This document shows positions 38,459-50,332 of a DNA stretch of 64,000 bases, piece after piece; within the stretch, counting starts at the first letter, position 1, and every line of letters begins with the position of its first letter. The notes beneath the pieces were generated by a model. That model worked only from the letters and a program-made list of their open reading frames with translations. It was not told where the DNA came from and did no database searches. A program made the translations under genes and the position numbers. Location of the stretch: the NCBI GenBank assembly GCA_965215005.1, contig CBDCCZ010000054.1, forward strand, positions 96,001 to 160,000, in the 5' to 3' direction. This stretch comes from Kofleriaceae bacterium (lineage in GTDB: Bacteria > Myxococcota_A > Polyangia > Haliangiales > Haliangiaceae).

Positions 38459-39676
38459 CTAGAGGGCGCGCCGGGGTGGAACCGTGGCGTTGGCAACCAA
38501 CAGGCCGGTGACGATGGCCGCGGCGACGACGAACATGTGAAACAGCGTGTCGATTCCGGTGAGGGTATCCTGGTTGAGCAGGGCGGAGATGCCTTGAAAG
38601 CCCACGCTTCCGGGAACCAGCAGCAAAATTGCCGGCACCAGAGTCTCGGTGGCAGGCCGGCGCAGCGCGCGCGCGTAGGCATTGCTTCCCGCTCCAACGG
38701 CAAAGGCGCCAGCAAAGACGCCCAGCTCCGGACCCAGCAGCCACGCTCCGAGGCGCGAGCCCCAAAAGCCGAGGAAGCACATGCCCGTGATCCAAATAAT
38801 CGCCCGCGGACGCGCCTGAAACAGCGCTACCAGCGCAACGGCCGCGACAGCGAGCGCGGCGAGCTGCGTCCAGAAAGGCAGCGTTCCTCCTCCTGCGCGG
38901 GAAATCGGTGGCGCCAGCTCAGTCGCCAACGCGACCCCCACCGCCATTTCCAAGAACACGATGACCGCCGCCATTAGCCGAGCGGTGCCGGAAACCAAAT
39001 TGCGGGTCGCCAGCTCCGACATCGCGACCGTGAGAGTGAGGCCAGGAATCAAGACGATCAGCCCGGCCAGGGTCGTGAGCGAGGCCGAGACATCGCTGCG
39101 CAGCGCGGCCATGGCAGTGGCCATGAGCGAGGCGGAAAATGCCGCGGCAAGCTCGAACACGCGCGTGCCTTCAGGACGCCTGCCGAGCAGTTTGGAGAGG
39201 ACGCCGATGACGAGCCCGATACCTGCTCCGGTGGCAATCTCGGCCGCACCGCCGCCGAAGAAGCGAGCCGCCGCGCCCGACACCAGCCCATACGCGAGCA
39301 CGATCCAGCCGGCGCCAAAACGCGGCGGTGCTTCATCGATGGCGCGCAGCGCCACGAGAGCCTCATCGCAGTCGATGCCGCCGCTGGTGACTCGCTCGAC
39401 CAACGCGTCGAGCTGCACCAGCTTTTCGAGGTTCATCTCGCCAGCCTCGACGCGCATCACCGCAGCGTGACCGTCGCCGAAGCTGGCCATGAGTGAGGTG
39501 GGCGTGGAGAAGAATTCGCCACGCAACTCGAGGCTGGAGGACATGGTCACCATGGCCTGCTCGAGGCGATGCGCCGGCGTGCCGTAGCGGGCAAGCGTGC
39601 GGCCGACCTCGAGTATCAAGGTCTGGGCTTTGCTGCCAGCGCGTGCTGGGCGAGGAATGGCGGGCAAGAGACTCAT
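38459..39676 (-). CDS. thrE: ThrE-family threonine/serine exporter
   Basis: YGTPAHRLE, LIPGL.LT.AMSEL..LVSG..RL, LLVPGS; about 10 TM. Confidence 0.88.
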   Translation of the reverse strand: MSLLPAIPRPARAGSKAQTLILEVGRTLARYGTPAHRLEQAMVTMSSSLELRGEFFSTPTSLMASFGDGHAAVMRVEAGEMNLEKLVQLDALVERVTSGGIDCDEALVALRAIDEAPPRFGAGWIVLAYGLVSGAAARFFGGGAAEIATGAGIGLVIGVLSKLLGRRPEGTRVFELAAAFSASLMATAMAALRSDVSASLTTLAGLIVLIPGLTLTVAMSELATRNLVSGTARLMAAVIVFLEMAVGVALATELAPPISRAGGGTLPFWTQLAALAVAAVALVALFQARPRAIIWITGMCFLGFWGSRLGAWLLGPELGVFAGAFAVGAGSNAYARALRRPATETLVPAILLLVPGSVGFQGISALLNQDTLTGIDTLFHMFVVAAAIVTGLLVANATVPPRRAL

Positions 39677-39763
39677 GACGCGGTACAGCTACGTCGTTCT
39701 GTCACAGGGAGATTTCACGAGGATATGTTTGGCTGCTGCGCGAAACAAGCAAATAAAAATCGA

Positions 39764-40351
39764 CTACGGCCCCGACCTGCCGAACCCGCCTCTCCCGGCA
39801 GGAACGACCGCGGCGGCTTCCGTGGCGGCGACAGAGGCGCTACGGCATAGCGCTCGGGCGTCGCGGCGCAGCGCTTCGGAAGGAAAGGTTCCCTCGCAGT
39901 AGATCCATATGGAGCCGTCGATGGAACGGACGTAGGCGAGTCCATGCTCAAACAGGCCGTACTCGCGCATTCCCTCGATGATGAAGCCATCGGCGGTGGT
40001 CTCGGTGTGGCGCACCGAGGCAAAGCGGTCGAGGGTGTCGCCTTGTGCGACCTGCTCCAAGAAGGGCTCGAGCTCGCGAGGAAACCGCGTCGGCAGCTCG
40101 GAGATCGTTAGCTCAGCAGCGCGGCCGTCAGCCAGGGGGCTACTGAAGAGCTGCAGGCGCCGGTCGGCGAGGTATGTGCCGCTCCATCCCGCGAGCGGCG
40201 TGACGCGGAGTCGAGCGAGCGGCGCGACGTCGGTGGAAGGCGCGGCGCGACGCGGCGTGTCGGAGGCGGTGTCGCTCGAGCGAGGTGGATCGTCACCAGA
40301 GCGGCAGGCGGTGCTGCAGACGAGCAACAGAAGGAACCAACGCATGCACAT
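39764..40351 (-). CDS. Hypothetical lipoprotein
   Basis: MRWFLLLLVCSTAC signal. Confidence 0.55.
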   Translation of the reverse strand: MCMRWFLLLLVCSTACRSGDDPPRSSDTASDTPRRAAPSTDVAPLARLRVTPLAGWSGTYLADRRLQLFSSPLADGRAAELTISELPTRFPRELEPFLEQVAQGDTLDRFASVRHTETTADGFIIEGMREYGLFEHGLAYVRSIDGSIWIYCEGTFPSEALRRDARALCRSASVAATEAAAVVPAGRGGFGRSGP

Positions 40352-40405
40352 ATGGTCCCTGGCGCGGGCGCGGTTGTCGAGGAGCGTCTGCGTGGGTGCT
40401 CAGCT

Positions 40406-40648
40406 TCAGCGCTTATCTTCGCGCCAGGCGATATCGACGTCCTCGGCCGGCCCCATCGCGCCTTCTAGGAGGGTGAGTAGGCTCGGGTCGCAACCGCGGT
40501 CGCGGAACATCTCAATCGTATCGCGACTGATGTAGTAGTCGCGATCTTGCGTGTCCTCCTCTTCGAGGTTGTCGATGAGGAATTTTAGCTGGAGGTCGGA
40601 GATCGTGCCGATCTCGGCACCGGTGTCAGGTCGGTAGAGTTGTGGCAT
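40406..40648 (-). CDS. Small acidic conserved hypothetical protein
   Basis: LY..DTG..IG.IS..QL.FLIDNLEEE...D.DYYI pattern; I recall it as a family often auto-labelled galactosyldiacylglycerol synthase, but it is far too short for that. Confidence 0.7.
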   Translation of the reverse strand: MPQLYRPDTGAEIGTISDLQLKFLIDNLEEEDTQDRDYYISRDTIEMFRDRGCDPSLLTLLEGAMGPAEDVDIAWREDKR

Positions 40649-40748
40649 GAGCGGAGTGTGGCGCGAGCTCGCGAATGTAGTCAACATCGCGAGGCTGGTG
40701 ACGAACATCCCCGATTCGCTTGCGGAGGCGAGTTGTTACAGTTGAGTC

Positions 40749-41843
40749 ATGTCTGAGCGCATCTATACGTTGCCGGTGGAGGAAACCAAGTGGGAGACAT
40801 CGTTTGGAGGGAAGGTCGCGTTCACCTGGGACTATGACGAGAGCCGGGACAAGTTGCTCTCCCTTTATGAGAAGGGCAAGAACCTGCAATGGAACGCAAA
40901 GGAGCGTATCGATTGGTCTCTGGAAGTCGATCGAACCAATCCGCTTCACGCACCGGATATGTACAACCCGCTATTTGGTACTGAGTTGTGGAACAAGCTC
41001 GATGCCAAGCAACAGGGTGAGGTGCGACTCCATCAAGTAGCATGGCAGTTCTCACAGTTTCTTCATGGCGAGCAGGGCGCTCTCATATGCGCTGCCAAGA
41101 TCGTGCAGACGGTGCCCGACTTGGACGCAAAGTTCTACGCTGCCACTCAAGTGATGGATGAGGCGCGCCACGTCGAGGTATACGCCCGCTATCTCAACGA
41201 GAAGCTCGGCGTGGCGTATCCAATCAACCCGCATCTAAAGACGCTGCTCGACCAGATCATCTCGGACTCCCGCTGGGACTTCACGTACCTCGGGATGCAG
41301 ATCTTGGTGGAAGGTCTGGCGTTGGCCGCCTTTGGTACCATCCGCGATGTCGTGGCGGAGCCGCTGGCGGTGGCGCTCAATGCGTACGTGATGCAGGATG
41401 AGGCCCGTCACGTGGCATTTGGGCGCTTCGCCCTGCGCGACTATTACCCGCAGCTCACCGACGCCGAGCGCGCCGAGCGCGAGGAGTTTTGCGTAGAAGC
41501 ATGTCATCTGATGCGCGATCGCTTTTTGGCGGAGGAGATGTGGCGTCATCTCGGCATGCCCGATGAGGCCGTAGAGCACATGCGCAACTCACTCGGGATG
41601 CGCGAGTTCCAAAAGTTCTTGTTCTCCCGCGTAGTGCCAGCGCTGCGTGAGATTGGGCTATGGGGGCCGCGAGTACAAAAGGCGTTCGCTGACATGGGCG
41701 TCTTGGGATTTGCGCACCTCGATCTCGATCAAATGGGCGAGGTCGATGAGGCGAAAGCACTGGCGCTCGACGCTGAACGCACCCAACGCGCCGCTCACGA
41801 CAATGTCGTCGAGGTGATCGCGCTGGCGAAGTCTGCCTGTTGA
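40749..41843 (+). CDS. Ferritin-like diiron oxygenase (AurF-like)
   Basis: FLHGEQGAL, DEARH twice, LVEGLA. Confidence 0.88.
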   Translation: MSERIYTLPVEETKWETSFGGKVAFTWDYDESRDKLLSLYEKGKNLQWNAKERIDWSLEVDRTNPLHAPDMYNPLFGTELWNKLDAKQQGEVRLHQVAWQFSQFLHGEQGALICAAKIVQTVPDLDAKFYAATQVMDEARHVEVYARYLNEKLGVAYPINPHLKTLLDQIISDSRWDFTYLGMQILVEGLALAAFGTIRDVVAEPLAVALNAYVMQDEARHVAFGRFALRDYYPQLTDAERAEREEFCVEACHLMRDRFLAEEMWRHLGMPDEAVEHMRNSLGMREFQKFLFSRVVPALREIGLWGPRVQKAFADMGVLGFAHLDLDQMGEVDEAKALALDAERTQRAAHDNVVEVIALAKSAC

Positions 41844-42232
41844 GCCCGAAGCGATGGCTTGGTGGCGTGGCGCTGCTCGGGCGGTGATGGCTCACAGCCA
41901 GCGTCCCCGCTCGCCACTGGCGGTGGCGCCGCGAGCAGGCGACTCGAAAGAGTAGGGGCCTGCGGCCTCCACATCAAGTCTTGCACCGCGTGCGCAGCCC
42001 GCGTACACCTTCGCGTTCCCCGGCCGCCGAAGTCACTGCTGCATAGGCGCCCGTGTCGGAGCTCAATGCGTAGTATCCTGGTTCTTCAGCGCGTGTCGCT
42101 GGGTCATCGTTTCGGCGTTGCAATGGTGAGCGACTCGAGACCTACCACGCGTATGGCGCCGCGCTTCTACTCGATAGCGGCATTCACCCAACGGTCCGAT
42201 GCAGCACGGGCCCTTACAATGAGCAGTTCATC

Positions 42233-42718
42233 ATGAGCGTGGCAGTTGGAGCAGACATCGAATCGATGTGCAGTAAGTGCGGCGACGTCTGGCACGTCGT
42301 GGTCGCCAAGGTCGGCGACAAGATCGCCAAGGTTCAGTGCAAGGAGTGTGGCGGGTATCATCGCTATCGCACTGGCGCCGCCGCCAAAGCACGAATGCCC
42401 ACGACCGGAACGCGCAAAAAGGCCGCGGGAACGGCAACTACCGCGAGCGCGCGAATCGATCAACCGCGCGTCGACGCGGATCTCTCGAGGTCGGTGCGCA
42501 GCTACAACTTTCGCGATCGCTTCGAGCCCGGCGAACGGATCGACCATCCGTCGTTCGGGACTGGCATCGTCGAAGCGATTCCAGCACCGGGCAAGATGGA
42601 AGTGTTCTTCCCGAGCGGCCGGCGGGTGTTGGCGCAGGCCAAGCCGGAGCCGACCTTGGGGCGCCCCAAGCCGTTCGCTCATGAGTCGCGCTCTGGGTCG
42701 AGCGACGCCCCCGAGTAG
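42233..42718 (+). CDS. Zn-ribbon plus PcrA/UvrD-type Tudor-like domain protein
   Basis: [26 protein letters not shown]....KMEVFF..G..VL. Confidence 0.75.
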   Translation: MSVAVGADIESMCSKCGDVWHVVVAKVGDKIAKVQCKECGGYHRYRTGAAAKARMPTTGTRKKAAGTATTASARIDQPRVDADLSRSVRSYNFRDRFEPGERIDHPSFGTGIVEAIPAPGKMEVFFPSGRRVLAQAKPEPTLGRPKPFAHESRSGSSDAPE

Positions 42719-42873
42719 TGCGACTCTTTGGCCGCCGTGGCAAGGATGTCACCGGGGAACGCCGCGGCGGCAACGTGCACGTGATGCGAGCAGGTATACT
42801 TTCGCTGCTTCGCACCCCGTCGCCTTGAGCGACTCGCATTCCGCGTCGCGCACCTCAGCGTCTGAGAGACTTC

Positions 42874-45099
<2,226 letters not shown>

Positions 45100-45115
45100 G
45101 CGATTCGGCTGCGCG

Positions 45116-46051
45116 TTAGAACCCGGTCGCGAAGACGAAGAGGGTCGCGCTGCCGGTGGTGGCCGAGATGCTCCAGCGGCGGCTCGTCGGCTTGGGCACC
45201 AGGATGAGGCGCGTCACACCAACCGCGGTGATTGCTGCGCCAAGCGCCAATCCCGCGCCGCCACCGAGACGGAAGTCGGCCGCGCGCTCGCGCAGCCGCT
45301 GGGCCTCATCGAGCCGGTTGGCGGCTTCGGCGTCGTCATCGAGGGCGCTTGCGTGAAGCAGTGCCGCGGCGCCGCCTGCTGCGACAGCCGCGCCGCCGAT
45401 GGCGAGCGTCCACCCGAGTCGATCTCGATACCAAGGCTCGCTCGCAACCCGCAAAGGAGCCGCTTGCGCAACTTGGCGGGCGAGCTGCGGAATCAGAATG
45501 CGGGTCTCGCCGTGATGACTCACCTGCACGGTGGTTTCCCAGGGCTGGTGATGAGGCGCGACCGCGCGCACGCGGTGCAGCCCGGCATCCACCGGAAGAG
45601 CGGCGCCCAGGCTCGCGGCGGCGACGCGGCGCCCATCGCGAAACACTGCTAACCCCTCCACGTCCCCGTCCGGCGCGAGCTCGATAACCAGCCTTGGAAT
45701 TCGTGGCTCGAGCTTCGCCGCCCGCTGGCGTGCGGCTTCGACTTTGCGCGGCTCATCGAGCCGCCGCGCTTCGGCCGCGAGCTCGAGGTAGGCAGCCCAG
45801 GCGCTGGCGAGCCGCTCCGTGGCTTCATAGCAGCGCCCCAGATGCCATAGGGTTCCGGTGGCGCGCTCGAGCCGCAGGCTCTCTTCGAATAGCGCGCAGG
45901 CTTTGTCATAGGCCTCGCGCTCCATGGCCGCGCGCGCTTGGCGAAAGAGCTCCTCGGCGGCGGCAATGTCGGCTGCAGAGGGCTCGGCGATCGCGTCGAA
46001 GGAACCGCTGACCAGCACCAGCGCGACGATGAAGCAGCAAGACCAGCGCAT
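45116..46051 (-). CDS. Secreted TPR plus PEGA-like protein with C-terminal TM helices
   Basis: Signal peptide; A..LF..A...AC.LFEESL...GTL..LG.CYE; start overlaps the kinase stop. Confidence 0.8.
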   Translation of the reverse strand: MRWSCCFIVALVLVSGSFDAIAEPSAADIAAAEELFRQARAAMEREAYDKACALFEESLRLERATGTLWHLGRCYEATERLASAWAAYLELAAEARRLDEPRKVEAARQRAAKLEPRIPRLVIELAPDGDVEGLAVFRDGRRVAAASLGAALPVDAGLHRVRAVAPHHQPWETTVQVSHHGETRILIPQLARQVAQAAPLRVASEPWYRDRLGWTLAIGGAAVAAGGAAALLHASALDDDAEAANRLDEAQRLRERAADFRLGGGAGLALGAAITAVGVTRLILVPKPTSRRWSISATTGSATLFVFATGF

Positions 46052-47685
46052 CACTTGCGAGTATCGAATAGGTCTTCGTCCGTAGGTGGATTCGGCGTCG
46101 GCTCCGCTGCAGGCTGAAAATCTGGCTCGCGGGATGGCCGCTGCGGCCGCGGCCGCTTCGGCGCAGCGCGCTTTTGCGGAGGCGAGGCGTCTGCGCGGGC
46201 GGCGTCTCGCGCAGCCGTCGGCGCTGCGTCTCGGACAGCCGCAGCCGTCGGCGCTGCATCGGCCGCGACAGCCTCCAAGCTCCCCGAGGCCACAGGCGCG
46301 GAGGCCGCAGTCCGCGTCGCCGGCAACCGTTGCACCTGCGGGTCTGGCGCGATGGCGCGCGTCTTCGGAGCGCTTGCCTGGCGCGCGGCGAGGACGAGGA
46401 CAACACCAGCCAGCGCCGCGAGGCCGGCTCCCCACCACCAACGCCGGCGACTCGGAGGCGCATTTGCCTCATTGAGCGGGCTCAACGGCGCTTGCGAGCC
46501 CCTGGCCAGTTTTCGAGCCGCATGCGCGATGGCCGGCGCAACCGCAATCGAATGGGTTGGTTCGCGCTCCGCGCCCTGCGCGCTCGGCGTACTGGCGCTC
46601 GGCGAGCTGGCCAGCTGCGCGCGGGCCGCCGGCGTTGCTACCGCCGTGAGCGAGCCTGGCGGCGAGCCGGCATTGTCGACCTGGGCGGCAGGCTCGAGCG
46701 ACGGTGCCACGGCCAACCTACTCCAGTCGGTGGTGTGCGATCGAGGCGCTGTGCTGGTGCGGGAACCCAGCAGCGGCGCCGCCGCTTGAACGATTTCGTC
46801 TCCTCGAGGCGTGGCGTCGATCATCGCCTCCGCCAACTGTCGCACCGAGGGAATGCGCCGGCTCACATCGATGGCCATGCCCAGCTCGAGGAGCTCACTC
46901 CACGCCCGCGGAACGTCGTCGCGCAGCGCTGCCAGGCTCGGCGGCACGCGATGACTTTGCTGATGAACCAGCTCGCCAATCGAGCCGGCGGTGTACGGCA
47001 AGCTGGCGGTGAGCATCTCGTACGCGATGACCGCCACTGCGTACACATCCGTGCGCGCATCGACATCGCGCATCGCCCGCGCTTGCTCTGGCGACATATA
47101 CGCGGGCGTGCCCGCCACTGTCTGACTGCGCGTCTCGACGTCGCCCGCAAGCGTCGGATCCTCGAGCTTGGCGATGCCGAAATCGAGGATTTTCACCAGC
47201 AGTGGATGATCGGGTCGCGGGGTGATGAACAGGTTGGCCGGCTTGAGATCGCGATGGATGATGCCGCGCTGATGCGCCGCTTCCAGACCGGCGCACACCT
47301 GACAAAGAATCGCGAGCGCGGTGGCAATAGGCAGCGGGCCGTGTCGCCGGCCAAAGCTGCTCAGCGTCTCGCCCTCGAGATATTCCATGAGGATGTAGTG
47401 GCGGCCGTCGGTCAACTGGCTGGCATCGATGACGTCGATGATGTTGCGATGTCGCAACGCAGACGCGGCCCGTGCCTCGGCGAGGAATCGAGCCGTGAGG
47501 TGCGGCGACACAGAGCGCTCGGGCAACAGCACCTTGACCGCCAGCTTCTTGCCAAGGTGCGTGTTTTCCGCCAGATACACCGCACCCATGCCTCCACGCC
47601 CGATTTGCCGGGTGACGGCATACCCGCCGAACAGCGGCTGGCCTAGCAGAGCATCGGGCGCGGACACGGCGCGCGAGCATAGCAC
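46051..47685 (-). CDS. Membrane Ser/Thr protein kinase
   Basis: GRGGMGAVY, AVKVL, HRDLKPAN, DFG, GTPAYMSPE; TM segment then Ala/Pro-rich tail. Confidence 0.93.
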   Translation of the reverse strand: MLCSRAVSAPDALLGQPLFGGYAVTRQIGRGGMGAVYLAENTHLGKKLAVKVLLPERSVSPHLTARFLAEARAASALRHRNIIDVIDASQLTDGRHYILMEYLEGETLSSFGRRHGPLPIATALAILCQVCAGLEAAHQRGIIHRDLKPANLFITPRPDHPLLVKILDFGIAKLEDPTLAGDVETRSQTVAGTPAYMSPEQARAMRDVDARTDVYAVAVIAYEMLTASLPYTAGSIGELVHQQSHRVPPSLAALRDDVPRAWSELLELGMAIDVSRRIPSVRQLAEAMIDATPRGDEIVQAAAPLLGSRTSTAPRSHTTDWSRLAVAPSLEPAAQVDNAGSPPGSLTAVATPAARAQLASSPSASTPSAQGAEREPTHSIAVAPAIAHAARKLARGSQAPLSPLNEANAPPSRRRWWWGAGLAALAGVVLVLAARQASAPKTRAIAPDPQVQRLPATRTAASAPVASGSLEAVAADAAPTAAAVRDAAPTAARDAARADASPPQKRAAPKRPRPQRPSREPDFQPAAEPTPNPPTDEDLFDTRK

Positions 47686-47749
47686 CCTACTCGTAGGCGG
47701 CCAGCGCTCACGCGACCCGCGAGATGGCTCCGTGTTAGGTTTTGCGCCT

Positions 47750-48442
47750 ATGTCCGAGGTCGTCTATCGCAACGGGTATCCGTTCGTTCCGCTGCAGTTC
47801 GAACGGCTATCGGCGGAAGAGATGCAGGCGCAGGCCGATGCCTTCTATCAACGCATGGACCAGCGCCGAAGCGTGCGTGAGTTCAGCACCGAGCCGGTGC
47901 CCAGAGCACTGCTCGAGCGGGCCATTCTCGCCGCTTCCACGGCGCCCTCAGGCGCGCACCGGCAGCCATGGCAGTTCGTCGCCGTGAGCGATCCGGCTCT
48001 GAAGAAGCGCATTCGCGAGGCCGCCGAGGCGGAGGAACGCGATAGCTACGGCGGCCGCATGCCACCGGACTGGCTCGACGCGCTGGCGCCACTCGGAACC
48101 GATGCCGACAAGCCGTATCTCGAGACCGTTCCGTGGATCGTGGTGCTTTTCGAGGTAACCACGGGAACCGCAGCGGACGGCAGCGTGCAGAAGAACTATT
48201 ACGTGCGCGAGAGTTGCGGCATTGCCGCCGGGATGTTCATCACTGCGTTGCACTCCATGGGGCTTGCGACGCTCACCCACACGCCGAGCCCGATGAAGTT
48301 TCTCACCGAGCTCCTCGGTCGGCCCGCCACGGAGCGGCCGTTCGTGCTGTTTCCAGTCGGGTATCCGGCCGCCGACGCGTGCGTTCCGCAGCTGTCGCGC
48401 AAGTCGCTCGAGCAAATATCGACCTGGCATACCGGCGACTAA
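47750..48442 (+). CDS. Nitroreductase superfamily, iodotyrosine deiodinase-like
   Basis: RRSVR.FS, TAPSGAH.QPW, IREAAEAEE..SY..RM...W..AL.PLGT...KPYLE, YY..ES.GIA.G, TLTHTP. Confidence 0.85.
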   Translation: MSEVVYRNGYPFVPLQFERLSAEEMQAQADAFYQRMDQRRSVREFSTEPVPRALLERAILAASTAPSGAHRQPWQFVAVSDPALKKRIREAAEAEERDSYGGRMPPDWLDALAPLGTDADKPYLETVPWIVVLFEVTTGTAADGSVQKNYYVRESCGIAAGMFITALHSMGLATLTHTPSPMKFLTELLGRPATERPFVLFPVGYPAADACVPQLSRKSLEQISTWHTGD

Positions 48443-48529
48443 CGGTTCTGCGCTTGCTGGTCGTCGCCCGGCGCTGCCCGATGAGTCGGGTTGCCGCCGG
48501 CCCGCCCCGCTCTACACCTATTCTTCAGC

Positions 48530-50332
48530 GTGCAGGCTCTCCGCAACTACTTCGGTGTCTTTCGCTATAGCGGCCGCGCGATGGGGCTGGTGTGGACCAC
48601 CAATCGCCGCCTAACGATTTCGTTGGCCATGCTCAGCTTGCTCGCGGGCGTCTTGCCCGCGGCAATCGCCTACGTCGGCAAGCTCATCATCGATGCGGTG
48701 GTGTTGGCCGCGAGCTCTGGTGCCGAGCAGGCGCGCGAGCTCGCCATCGCTTACGTAATCCTAGAGGCCGCCTTGGTCATCGTCTTGGCCGCCGCCCAGC
48801 GCGGGATCAGCATCTTGCAGTCGCTGTTTCGCGCGGTCCTTGGCCATCGCGTCAATACCTTGGTGCTCGAGAAGGCTCTCACCTTAGAGCTCACCCAGTT
48901 CGAAGACTCCGAGTTCTACGACAAGATGAGCCGCGCGCGGCGGGAAGCCTCTAGTCGCCCTCTGAGCTTGGTGATCCGCACCTTTGGCGTCATTCAGAAT
49001 CTGATCTCGATCATCACGTTGGGCGGGCTATTGGTATCGTTCTCGCCACTGGCAGTTGCGGTACTGGCCGCTGCGGCAGTGCCTGCGTTCCTCTCCGAGA
49101 CCCGCTTCTCTGGCGAGGCGTTTCGTCTGTTTCGCTGGCGCACCCCCGAGACCCGCGAGCAGGCCTACCTCGAGAGCGTGCTGGCCCGCGAAGACTACGC
49201 CAAGGAGGTCCAGCTCTTTGGTATCGGACCGCGCATGCTCGGCCGGTATCGCGGCATCTTCGATCGCCTTTATGCCGAGGATCGCAGGCTTACCTGGCGT
49301 CGCGGCATTTGGGGCTACTTCTGCGGCCTCCTCAGCACCGCCGCGTTTTACGGCGCCTACGGATGGATCGCGCTGGCCACTATCAGCGGCTCGATTTCGC
49401 TGGGCGACATGACGATGTACGTGATGGTCTTCAAGCAAGGCCAATCGGCGCTCGCGGCGGTGCTGACCGCCATCGGCGGCATGTACGAAGACAATCTCTA
49501 CTTGTCGAATCTCTACGAGTTTCTGGAGGCGGAGGTGCCGGCGAGCGGCGGCCACGCCTCCGAAGGGCCCGCGCCCGGCGACGGCATTCGCTTCGAGAAC
49601 GTGACGTTCGGCTATCCAGGTGCCGAGCATCCCGCGGTGGAAAACATCGAGCTGCACATTCGCCCGGGCGAAAAGCTCGCGCTGGTTGGCGAGAACGGCT
49701 CGGGAAAGACCACGCTCATCAAGTTGTTGACCCGGCTCTATCAGCCATCCTCGGGCCGCATCACGCTCGATGGCCTCGATTTACGAGCCTGGGATCCGCA
49801 GGTCTTGCGCGAGCGCATTGGTGTGATCTTTCAAGACTTCTCTCGCTTTCAGTTCACCGTCGGCGAGAACGTCGGCGTCGGGGATGTTCGCGCCATCGAA
49901 GATGAGGAGCGCTGGCGCGATGCCACCGTCAAAGGTCTTGCCGCGCCGTTCATCGAGCGCTTGCCCGATGGCTATCAGACCCAGCTTGGCCGTTGGTTTA
50001 AAGATGGCCGCGAGCTGTCCCTCGGACAATGGCAGAAGATCGCCCTGTCACGCGCGTTCATGCGACGCGATGCCGACATCTTGGTGCTCGACGAGCCGAC
50101 GGCGTCGATGGATGCCGAAGCCGAGATGGCCATCTTCGAGCGGTTTCGCGAGCTCACCGACGACCGCATCGCGGTTCTCATCTCGCATCGTTTTTCGACC
50201 GTGCGAATGGCCGACTACATCGTCGTGCTCGACCGCGGACGAATCGTCGAGGAAGGCAGTCACGAGCAGCTCATGGCTCGTGATGGCCGTTATGCGCACC
50301 TGTTTAGCCTGCAAGCCGCCGGTTATCGCTGA
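48530..50332 (+). CDS. ABC exporter (TMD plus NBD)
   Basis: GENGSGKT, LSLGQWQ, LDEPT, SHR. Confidence 0.93.
   Translation: MQALRNYFGVFRYSGRAMGLVWTTNRRLTISLAMLSLLAGVLPAAIAYVGKLIIDAVVLAASSGAEQARELAIAYVILEAALVIVLAAAQRGISILQSLFRAVLGHRVNTLVLEKALTLELTQFEDSEFYDKMSRARREASSRPLSLVIRTFGVIQNLISIITLGGLLVSFSPLAVAVLAAAAVPAFLSETRFSGEAFRLFRWRTPETREQAYLESVLAREDYAKEVQLFGIGPRMLGRYRGIFDRLYAEDRRLTWRRGIWGYFCGLLSTAAFYGAYGWIALATISGSISLGDMTMYVMVFKQGQSALAAVLTAIGGMYEDNLYLSNLYEFLEAEVPASGGHASEGPAPGDGIRFENVTFGYPGAEHPAVENIELHIRPGEKLALVGENGSGKTTLIKLLTRLYQPSSGRITLDGLDLRAWDPQVLRERIGVIFQDFSRFQFTVGENVGVGDVRAIEDEERWRDATVKGLAAPFIERLPDGYQTQLGRWFKDGRELSLGQWQKIALSRAFMRRDADILVLDEPTASMDAEAEMAIFERFRELTDDRIAVLISHRFSTVRMADYIVVLDRGRIVEEGSHEQLMARDGRYAHLFSLQAAGYR

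Noticed and set aside
46174..47646. Long antisense ORFs (490 aa here; also 60610-61644, 33877-34782, 63172-63987)
   Set aside because: Shadows of real opposite-strand genes in high-GC DNA; no motifs
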